Under the pieces are notes generated by a model that saw only the letters and a list, made by a program, of their open reading frames with translations, searched no databases and was not told the DNA's origin. A DNA stretch of 64,000 nucleotides, taken from Lingula anatina. Its lineage: Eukaryota; Animalia; Brachiopoda. Shown here one piece after another: positions 52,857 to 64,000 of this stretch. Within the stretch, counting starts at the first letter, position 1, and each line of letters begins with the position of its first letter. The DNA is taken from the NCBI GenBank assembly GCA_051362555.1, contig CM120644.1, forward strand, positions 15,026,534-15,090,533. Reading direction: 5' to 3'. Both the position numbers and the translations under genes were made by a program.

Positions 52857-55672
52857 TTCATCATTCCTAAGAGTAGTTAGTGGTGTAATTTTTATTTTGA
52901 TAATTCAAAGATCAACCCCATATCTTTATGGGATATACACGCGAGTACGTGTGTGTGTGTGTGTGTGTGTATTTGACATCTAACAATGCGATCATCCGCC
53001 ACAACGAGACCCCATTACGGAGATTGACACCGTACATTTAAATGCTCAGTAAAATTCCAGAAAACCAACGCACGCCAGCGGAGAGGAAATGAACCCACTA
53101 TATAACTCTATGAGCAATAAAATTAACGAGTTAATATGAGCACAAGACGACGTTTGAGAGGACTTGCCAATAACTGAATAAAGACACTTTCATCTAAACA
53201 GAATCGCGTGTCCAAGAGACATCATTGGTCGCAACATTCCCGCAGACGACCTGTGCTGAGCCTGGGAAAGTGGCACGAACATTAGATGAAACTAATGACC
53301 CCAGACTTCAGCGTGAAAGCGTGGGACTGGCGCGTACGCCGAAAACTCCAACGTAGTCTTATCTGTAAGTCACCGTGCTTGTTTGACTTGACGCGAAGCG
53401 ATAAGAAGGTCGTGATAAGGCTTTCATAGTGAGGGTTGGCACTGGCAGAAATCGAACCTATGATATATAGATAGGCTAAAATCTCGCCAGTGAGATGCTC
53501 GGCCCAGATACAAGGACGGTTTCTAATTCGGTTTCGCCCTCGCTGTGACACAGAATGTCAATTACTCAGTTACAGAGGACAGGTAGGCATATTGTTATTA
53601 ACTTGCTCCGGTATAAACTTGTGAATTGGAAGCGGTTACAGGTGTCTCAGGAAGTTAATGGACAACACCCGTGTTAAGATGTAAAGGGGATTGATCTGAA
53701 GCAGTCATAAAATTTTGGAGGCGATCTCGAGATCTATAGTTTTCTAAAGAGCACGGATGCGCAGAAATTCTTAGTGACATTGCTAGATTGACGAGAAGTC
53801 ATCCAGGTAACAATTTGCAGCGCTTGGTCAACTGTAGTTTTAGAAGCAACTTTTATTTATTTATTTATTTTTGTTTGTTTGTTTGTTTGTTTAAAAACGT
53901 GTACACTCAACAACCCTTAACCTGATTCACATTTATTCGCGACTTTCTCTTTCAGACAGCAGTTTATATATTCATCTGCTAAAATTCAAAGAAGAGTTAT
54001 GGAACTCCGCATCTTCATTTGACTCATTTGGCTGGTAAAGTGAATATTCGCTGACAGCAGTGCGCAAAGTAGAGTGAACTACACACAGAGAGAGATAGAG
54101 AGTATATTTTATCACTAGAATTAAGCCCAGAGAAAGAAACCTGAATTTCAATCCAACTATAAAACTGCTGGGGTGAATCAAAACAGTGATTAATTAAACT
54201 TTAATGACGCTGCAGCTATCATAGAGTACTACAGGCACTAGCAATACTAGGCCAAATACGATTGAGGTACTTCATGCACCGCACGCACGGAACCGAGGTT
54301 TTAAAACAAAGCCATATAAGCCCTAACCCCGATCTTGAACGTCACAACACGACAACCACATAAAAAGGAGTAAAGGCCATACATAAGCGGCCTGTCGTAA
54401 CCCTTGAGAATATTTGTCTGTCTGTGACTCAGGGCATTTTTCTTACTGTGACTACAGCATAAAATTTCCGGGGTATATAGGCGGTGGAAACAGTCAGTAC
54501 TATTGTTGAAGACATCCAAAAGAAAGAACACCAGTTCGTTTTTTTCTATAGTATTATACGATACAGTAAAAACGATATATTACTAGAAACGGACGGTGTA
54601 TTTTTCTCATTCTTTGCTTTGATACACTGGCTGTAGTACAGATTGTCACAGCGAAGTCTAGACTACACAAGCATTGATCTATCTTATAACTTCGAAGACA
54701 CGGAGGATTCTGTCAAACTTTTTAAACAAGGGCAGGAGAAACACACTGGAATGCGGACGTGCATTGGCAAGCGCCTTATCAAGTCCACTGCTATCACTGA
54801 GTTATTTGTATAACAACAAACAACGAGACTGCTTTAAGTCAACAGTGATCTTAAAAAAGCACCCTCTGGTGGCCCGTCAAATCGGAACATAAGGCGAGAT
54901 ATGACACAACGTTTTTCAGGGACTCGGTGTATGTGTAACCGTATATAAACAATAGGCGAACCTGAGACACCAATATATCACAGTTATGGCGGTGCTGAGT
55001 GACTAAGTTATGCTCATGGACATAGTAACATTTATTTCCCGTAAGGCATAAAGGAAGGCACGTGAACACGATTGTTTAAGCTGGGATTTAAGGATTCAAC
55101 AATTCAGCCACTGCGTAACGCTGTGACATAAACGCTATTAATCATCGTGTCTTATATGTTTGTTAACTATATGCTGCGTCTCTCCAAACGCGTCGATGTT
55201 TTGAGGACTCAGTAATTCAAGGGACGCCTCACCACTTTAAGTTGTGGTTGACCCAAAGGTATGTTGATAATATGGTTAACATTAAAGTCATCATGGGTTT
55301 GTGGCTAGCAATAGCAAATATACTAACGAACGGGGACGGGAAGAGTTTTGCTATAAATTGCTCCCCATTTAATTTCAGTCTTTGTATTTTGTCATTTGAG
55401 ATAAAACTGTTATTGTCCCCGTCATCCTTTTAAGGTAGTCGGTTTTAATGATATAAACGAACGCTTATGCCAAGGGTCTTATTTACAAACAGTACTGCAA
55501 ATTGCCAGAAAAAAAAAGAGAAGTTGAGAGGGAAATTCATATGCCTGCCCTTACCCCCCTCTCCTGCCCTCGCGTTTTTTTTTTTTTTTTAATCATATTT
55601 TGTGTTATATAAATTCATCAGATGCATCTCGTATAGTGTCAGAATGATCAAATTATTTAAAGCTGTCTTATC

Positions 55673-55720
<48 letters not shown>

Positions 55721-58700
55721 CCTGCGTGCGTGTGCGCGCGTTTCTGCGTGTGGATAAACGCGCAAGCCTGTACGTGTGCGTGAGCTTGTGCGCAAGTGTT
55801 TGAGTGCGCGCTTGTGTTCGTGCGTGGGTGAGCTAAATAAATGGGGACCCGATAAGGAAAACATGGCTGTGCCCCCCCATCTTTGAATAAGATCGTCGCA
55901 GTACTAGTTGTGGGGCTTTACCTGTGACACCCAGTTTGTGAACCTAGTGATTACAAGACGACTGGTCTATAATGACACTCAAAGGGTCATACTGTACACA
56001 TACAACTTAATCTTGAACTTCGTTTATGTGAACCATCACGCGTGCAATTTGTGTCTTACAAACAGATCAGTAAATCGATGGGACAAGTATATTTAGGCCC
56101 TGCCACTTATATAATATCCATCAATACTTCTGGTGACGAATGATCAAAAAGAAAGAAAATGTTTTTTAATCAAAATTTAGCATTCTGTGCCTAATATGGT
56201 GTTTATCACTTTAAGGTGTCATGTTATAGCATTAACAGTGTGTTCTTTGTGTAAAATGATAAAAAAATTAAACACAAAGAAAAAAAATGACATTCACCGT
56301 ACTGGCATTTCCTCACATTATTTCAAAGCATTTCATTTACGATACGATAGATACTGAAATATACTGAGGTAAGTTTTACGATGTAAGTACACGCATAACA
56401 CTGTTTATCAATTGTGGAGAAGAAGGAAGTGCAGCGAGTGCGCTTAGTTCCCCGAACGGACTCTCTTTATCATTTTCCCCTTTTGACTTCTGATACATAT
56501 TTGTGTTTACTTTTTTTTGGTAATGGCGGGAGCTATATTTGTTAATATTTGTAAATACGTCCGAAGTTTCAGGGAAACATTTTGCAACTGGCAAATTCCA
56601 AAGCCATTAAAAATAAACATAATGTCAAAATTCCCAACGAACTTAAGGAGAAACATGTTGAGAACTGAAACGACATGTCATATGGGAAATCCCACATGTT
56701 TACCCAAAAATTAAAATAACGTCAAATTAAACTGTAAATGAATACAACAATGTTAGCGGCGGGGATCCAATTAAATTGCAAATGAATACGCTGAATACGG
56801 GTATTGGAAGGGATGAAGGGTCGATCTCAAATCCGGGTTTGTAGGGAAGAATGGGGTAATCATCTACTTCCTTGTGCAAAGAGTAGAGCTTTCCACATGT
56901 TATTTAGATATCAACACTACTAGAATTATAAATTTACACCAACATGGCAGTAGAATACAATATGATATATTTTGGCATTTTAAAAATATTATACCTTTTC
57001 ATAATACATGCACACGTGATGTACCCCGATCCCTACATTTGTATTGTGCATAAACACATCTTTAAAAAAAATTCAGGAGTATTTGTGAATTAGTCAAGAG
57101 CTTGCAGGCGTTCCGCTTACCAAATGAAATTTTAACCTCTTCACTTTTTAAGAAATACCATTAGCCTATATTATTTATTATACAATTAAAAGCAAAAAAG
57201 GAGATAGCCTATACGCAGACAGTGTTATATGTATTAACAGCATGAGTCAGTTGTGAAGTCTGCACTGGGCTATACATTCTGCTAGTCCCCCAAAGCCGAT
57301 ATTGATTTGAAATTTACTTTTTTCATGCACTGCTAAGAAGTCATTGCTTCACCTTGTTATTTGTAAATCCTTTTATGATACACAACAAAGAATAAATGTC
57401 TAAGGGTAATAGCTACAAGTATCTTTAGGGAGACCGTCTTGTATCTTTTCATTATTTCATTATTTATCATTTATCCTCCTATTCCTTTAATTAGTTGCCT
57501 GTCTGTTTGTTTTCAATACTCAAAATATTTGATTATGTCTATGTCCCAACAAATTCGATAACCCCAGTATATTAATATAACGAGAACATACAGGGATAAG
57601 AAACAATACTAAACTTATTACCAAGAGAACTGCACGAGAAGTTGGACATAATGTAGGTATTGCAAATGGTCAGTTCACTCGTGTAGCAGACACTGATGAT
57701 CGGCTATATACATTGGTATGGGTTAATACACCCTTGTATCGGACACAGCACTGGGTGTCATATAAGTGAGACATTGTTCCACTGTTAACTATAAAACACA
57801 GAGAGGTGCGAAACATGCCATTAACATTAAAGTGCAGACAGACCCATTTCGTGCCGTCGCAGGTTAAGCGAAACGCTCCCGTGTCAATGAGTCAAACGTG
57901 TAATGGAGACATCTAAATTAGGGGTAAATAAAGGCTGCGCTAAGCTGTCGAGGTATATAGAAATGACCACGCACACGAGGCCGACACCGATTTGCTGGGA
58001 AAAAGACGGTTGACAAAGGTGTACATGTAACAATGGAGGATTCGGGGGGAGGGGGGGGGGGGGGTAGTGTGCGACGTGCAACGCCATCCACGCATGCATG
58101 CGCACGCACACACAAACGAACAAACACACACAAAGACACACGCAGTGTCACGCACGCTAGCACACACACACACGCACAAACGCGTGCACACACACACAGT
58201 GAAACGCACGCACACACGCCTTAGCTACGGAAGTTTTCCTTTCTTCCTCCTCTCTCCTCAAAAAACAGAGACAAAAAGTCAAACCAAACGAAACAAAACC
58301 AAGCAAATCCCCATTCCATTCTATCATTGTGCCCTACACATGAGATTGAAATTATCAGTGTCTACTAACTTAAATATGTCGTGGCAACTTTTTTATACTT
58401 GCCCCCCTCCAAACAAATCCCTGTACCCGCCAGTTTCTAAGTTGTGGGTTATATTAATATTTCAGTTGTAACTTCCCTTTTAATCGGACCTATGTCAAGT
58501 TTAAAAAGAATATATGCATAAGAACCTGGTTTTATTACATCTATGCGCAACACGTACTAGTCGCAGCGAGCATTTCTATTTTAAGATGGGTGAATAAATC
58601 TATTAAGTCGCGATATTGAGATTGTGGTTATGAAGAATCACATGCTTCAGCGTACTTTTATTTAGTTCATAAACAGAATACGGCGTGGTTGGGACTCCGT

Positions 58701-59531
58701 GATATTTATTTAATAGAGAGAACAAAATGACGCGTCGTGCCTTTTGTGGCATTTTTGTTCTTTTCTTGTTCAAATAAATATGACGTGGACTTTATCTTTC
58801 CGAAAACAGGGCAGATAAAATTAAATAAAAAGATACTGACCTGGGAATTTGCCAAAGCTTGTCAGTTATCCACAGGCAGATCTAACTCTGAATCAAAACG
58901 CTTATGACACTGTACCTCAAATGACAAAACCAAGGATCCAAGCCCCCAATTAAAACGTGTATTTCACCATAGGCTTTTTATGGGGGATATTTTATGTGCC
59001 ATATTGCGCAATTATTCAGCACAACAGTACCAGTAGAGAAACCTTTTTCAATGATTTTTTTATTTATTATTTTTAGTGAAGTTGTTCATCCCTAGAATGT
59101 CCTAGACGGAATAGTAATGTTTATATAACTGCATATATTTCCATAAAAGACAGACAACGCATTCCTCGTAACATTTTTCACTCGAATGATGAGCAATTTC
59201 GAACAAATCTCGTTAAACGGGGTTTTTCTTCACCCTCGACTTGGGTCACAGTTTTTAAAGAAATATTCATATAATATGTCTTATTCGTGACAAATCTTTG
59301 CTGTAAATCGAGCTAAAAAAGGGACATTATTTATCTGGTAAAGCGTATTTTTCTTTAGCTTTATCTAAAACTGATCCTTCTCCAACTGGAAGCTTAGCGC
59401 AACCCACACATATTTTTTGGCCTCTAAGAAGCAGAGCTGTGCATAGTCTAAATTATTCTCGCGTAACTACTTTTAGAGTCAGGTAGCTCTAAAATGTTAA
59501 ATACTACTGTCTTTGTTGCAATGAAATATAT

Positions 59532-59570
59532 GGGCGTGGTTTGTCATTTCGATAGGGGCGTGGTTTGTCA
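59532..59570 (+). promoter_or_regulatory. Tandem GC/KLF-type boxes (GGGCGTGGTTTGTCA x2) upstream of the mucin-like gene
   Basis: Exact 15-bp direct repeat, about 850 bp upstream of the ATG exon. A candidate UTR-exon donor CAA|GTATGT lies at ~59655. Confidence 0.3.
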
Positions 59571-60108
59571 CTTCAGCGTTGGTAACTTGATTCATCGTTC
59601 TGTTAACTATGCAACCCGTTGTTTCATATAGCCCCTGCAGTGTACACGAAGCAAGTATGTGGATTGCATAAACGACATGTGTCCTTCATCTCGAAATCTG
59701 ATATACTGGTTTTCTCACTACGGTGATTACCCTTAAAATTCGAACAAGTTTATTCGTACCCCCTACGCCCCCCCCCCCCGAAAAAAAGATCATAGCAATT
59801 TGATTAAAATATTCTGATCCGAATTATATTTGAGCAAATACGTTAATTCGGGAGTAAATACTTACCATAATCTTTAGGATAATTAAATGTTTGGAAAAAA
59901 AGAGAAGTGTTTGAAATTATATTTGATTGAATACCGTACACACGACTCCATCTAATATAAGCTTGCGTTTAATGTGCACGTGACATAATGAAAAATTACG
60001 GGAATAGAAATGTGATATGCCGTCTATAGCATTCTGAGGTCTTGGTTAAGCTGTTTAAATGGCTAAATAAGCGTTTTTGAAGTATATTTAAACGTATTAG
60101 TGAGGTTT

Positions 60109-60156
<48 letters not shown>

Positions 60157-60403
60157 ACGGTATGTAGGTTAACGGTTATTGTGCATTCTTGTCTCTATTA
60201 AAGACGGGTTAATGAGTTTATTGGCGAGCTTTGAGACATTCAGTTTCGTTTACAAATTCTTTGCAACATCGTGCACTAAGCAGGGTTAACTTTTGGTATT
60301 TGTGGAATCAGTCCATTTAGTTTTTCTGAAATAAATCAATAATGCTGATTGTTTTTTGTGCAATACAAAGAATATACTCTTAGTTGATTTTATTTTATTT
60401 CAG

Positions 60404-61487
60404 ATGGCAGAGACAGAAAAAGAAAACGCTGAAGCTCCGTCGCCAGTGCCTGAAGATGGAGACCTAGAGGCAGAGGAAAATACCCAAAAAGGAGACGACG
60501 TTCGCGATGATGGAGTGAATGATGATGGAAAGGAGTTCAGTGTACTGAATGAAAGAGATGAATCAAAACCCCAAGAGAAGAGCGAAAATGACAATGTTTT
60601 TAACAGTGGGGATGACTCTGATATTCTCAACATCAGTTACAGATCACAACCTCGCGGTTTTTCTACATTCAAACGTCCAAAAACGAACAATCAAGGCAGT
60701 AACGGAAATCTTTCTTTTTCTACGACTCCACAAAATAACAACGTGAACGGACTAGCGAATTCGAACAGCAGTATTGGTGGATATAGCAACTCTTCTACCG
60801 AAAAACTCAAAAACGGATCTGATCCGGATATATTTGAGCTGCAACCGTTGGATCCGTACAAAATCAGTTTTAAACAACAGGATTATTTCAGAACGGATGC
60901 AGACGTGGAGGATGGACGCCAGGACAGGACGGCCTCGGAGACATCCATGGATTTATTCATTCCAATTCCGCTTGGGCCAAGAGAGTCATCAGAGCCAGGT
61001 AGAGGATTTTACACACACACACACTCACACACACACACATGGGCGCAAACAGAAAGAGAGAGAGACAGAGAAAGAGACAGAGGTTTGAATGAGAGAGAGA
61101 GAGAAAGAGAGAGGGAGAGAGAGAGAGAGAGAGGAAGGCAGAGAGAGACAGAGAGAGAGAGAGAGAGTGTGTTTGTGTGTTTCAGAGAGAAAGAAAGAAA
61201 GATGAAAAAGGAAGAGAGAGAGAGGGTGTGTGTGTGTGTGTGTGCGTGTGAGAGAGAGAGAGAGATAGAGAGTGAGTTAATGTTGACATACTGATAGAGA
61301 AAAAAACAGATAGGGGCCTATAACAATCAATAATAATGATTATAATAATGAAAATAATAATAAAACGATTGATTTTTATAATATTCGTGATACACCATTG
61401 AACCAATCACAAAAGCATTGTTAGAATGAAGAATAATAATAACAATTGTTATACGATGACATTAATTCATAAACGCATAGTATCAAA

Positions 61488-61522
<35 letters not shown>

Positions 61523-63538
61523 CTCATTTTAGACGGCAGTCGCACGTTGTATACGCGCATGAACACAAATCAAACCGACGCCGAATCTTTGGACGGCAAG
61601 CGGCAATGTATGTGCTCCGGGAGAGTAGCTCTTATTATTTTGGGAATTGTCCTCCTTCTGGCAGCTTTGGGCGGAGGAGGGTATGGTATTTATGCAGCAG
61701 GTAAGTAAAAAGCTTACTCGAGCTCCAGCACTAATTTTTTTTCGTTATATTTGGGACCCTGTCCATGAATCTTTATGCATAGGTGTATTATCTATCTATT
61801 TATTCATCTACCCATCCATCTATCTATCTATCTACCCTTCCGCTTTTATTCGATGCACTGGTTTTTGCTTAAAATTATACTTAAAATATGGAAAATAAAG
61901 AAAATCGACATATCTTATTCTTATCCTTGGAGTCCAGCTTTTTACTAGGAAGTGTTAAGCCCGTTTGGTTTTTTACTTGTTCCTTTTTTCCCATTTAAAT
62001 CAATAATTACCATATCTCTCTTAATTTCAGTGTCTGGCTCTGCACCGGAAACAAGCGCGCTATCAGGAAATTCCACCACCGCATCAGCGGAGGAACTTAC
62101 CAGCACAATCGACTCGGTCACAACCGTCTCACCTACCGCAACCAGCTCATTCGCCGTGACATCAACGGCGCCTGCTTCTTCGAGAACAGACGCTGAGCAG
62201 TCCACATTCCAAACGTCAGCGATGACTGACTCATCTTCGACTTATCCCGGTTCTGTAGCAACTTCATCTCTGCCCTCTGGGTCAACTGTTACGCCCATGA
62301 TTAACGGTACTATGACAACGGTTTCGCCGTCAACGGTTGCAGAGATTTCATTGACAACGGGGACTTCATTGACAACAGGGACATCAAATATATCATCAAC
62401 ATCACCAGCATTGACCAGCACTTCCACAGCAACAACGACGACAGCGTTTTTAACGCCAACAACTACTGCGACAACTACAACGAATACGACAACAAAGTCA
62501 ACAACGCCTTCAACTACACCAACAACTACGGCAGAGACGACTGCAATCATAACAAACGCTACAGTGAAATCTTCAACATTGCCAACGACAGTAACACTCA
62601 ATGTTAACGGAACGACACTAACACCAACGCCTACTTCAACCAACGGCACTCTACCCGTAGACAGTGACCCTGCCAGAAACATACCTTCTAATTCATCAGC
62701 TGTCAATGACAGTTCTATTGTTGCTGACGATCCACTACTTTTGACGTCACCACCTTCATCGACTCTGTCGTTGTCTTCCACGTCTGCTTCTTCTCCGTCT
62801 ACTAATACTACTAATTCTTTACCTTCGACATCCTCTTCCTTTGCATCGCCATCAACAACAACAACAACAACAGCAACATCATCATCATCATCATCAACAG
62901 CAACAGCAACATCATCATCATCAACAACAACAGCAACAACAACATCATCATCATTAACAACAACAGTAACAACAACAACATCATCATCAACAACAACAAC
63001 AGCAATAGCATCAATGCCCACAAGTGTTTCTCAATACAATACATCGCATTCTCCTCCAATGAATTCTTCTTTGCCTTCTAATTCATCTCTATCTAGTTCA
63101 AATTCTTCTTCATCCCCGACCATTATTTCTACAATTCCACCAACTAACTCATCTCTCACTAATTCTTCTAATTCGCCGCCTTCTTTCAATCATTCCTCCT
63201 CCCCTCTTCCATCTGTAAATGCTTCTTCATCGACAAACCATTCCGCTTCGAATGCATCATTTTCTGACCCAACTCTGTCTCCCACTAATGCAACTTCAAT
63301 CAGTTCCCCTACAACAGTTGGGACGTCGGTTTCCAGTCAGTCTTCCGCCTTAACTACACTCGAGTCCACAACCACTTTCTCTTCAACAACAACACAACAA
63401 TACATAACAACAACAACAATAATGACACCACCACCTCCAACAACAATAACAACATCATCGCCGACATCGCCTACTTCATTTACAAACACTACAACGACAA
63501 CTCCCGTTTCTCTGAACAAAACAGTGTCTCAGGACTAG
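60404..63538 (+). CDS. Type II membrane protein with acidic cytoplasmic N-terminus and long Ser/Thr mucin-like stalk (~756 aa to first stop; may continue beyond the window)
   Basis: Exons 60404-60998, 61533-61700 (TM: VALIILGIVLLLAALGGGGYGIYAA) and 62031-63538; phase-1 introns. About 500 aa of S/T/P-rich sequence with many N-x-S/T sequons. Confidence 0.8.
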
Positions 63539-64000
63539 ATACTAAATATGTCTTCAGCATCTTTAACAACACCATCAACACCAGCGTTCTCAGGCTCTGA
63601 TGCCTAGATCTCAGAACCCACCACTTTGAATACAACGACACTTCTGATAGGTGCGTATTCTAGTCGTTGCGACGTAACAGGGCCGGAATCATTTGACGTC
63701 ACACCCTGAGTGGTTATATTGATGCCACATTTTCTGTGATAGGCCCATGTTTACGTCGCAAGTTACAGGACAATCGTCACATGCAGCACGTATATACGTA
63801 GGCTTAGATGGCGCACATTACAGGGGCATGCTGACGTTATCTATACTTGGTATACTGGGGTAAATTTGATGCCAGAAATAACGTTCACGTAATGTGAGTT
63901 TATGGTGTGTTAACGTCACACAGAGCGCACCCCAACCCCGACTTCCTGTCATCATTCACGGAGAAAAATATCATAATTTTTTGTTATGATGTTGAATAGT

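Noticed and set aside
52700-60300. Hidden gene in the long ORF-poor interval
   Set aside because: I could not assemble a coherent exon chain or recognisable domain. It is likely UTR introns and promoters of the divergent GT92 and mucin genes plus old repeats; small exons could have been missed.
62242-63059. Long antisense Val/Asp-rich and Leu/Met-rich ORFs
   Set aside because: Shadow frames of ACA/TCA codon runs in the mucin exon.
1-64000. Prokaryotic or phage system (operon, defence island)
   Set aside because: Spliceosomal introns, microsatellites and animal domain families occur throughout.

Overview
AT-rich eukaryotic genomic DNA with GT-AG introns, many microsatellites and MITEs. The gene content suggests an invertebrate, probably lophotrochozoan (inference only). 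Splicing by hand gives 11 protein-coding genes, most missed or fragmented by the ORF track. They are: two convergent paralogous 5-exon BRICHOS precursors (type II TM, BRICHOS, furin site, Gly/His/Tyr repeats, 8-Cys C-terminal domain); between them a 13-exon SLC13 (Indy/NaDC-type) transporter with altered ion/substrate motifs and two tandem intronless GT10 alpha-1,3-fucosyltransferases; a secreted PAN/apple protein; a head-to-head pair of small secreted proteins (variant peritrophin-A-like 6-Cys domain plus TSP1); a secreted protein with two three-finger (Ly6/uPAR, Quiver-like) domains and a C-terminal CBM14; a GT92 glycosyltransferase; and a type II membrane mucin whose Ser/Thr frame continues through two TAG codons to a splice donor. 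Nearly every gene is secretory or cell-surface. The best candidates for something undescribed are the BRICHOS cargo family and the unusual chitin-binding domain fusions. All coordinates and alignments were read by hand and no database searches were run.
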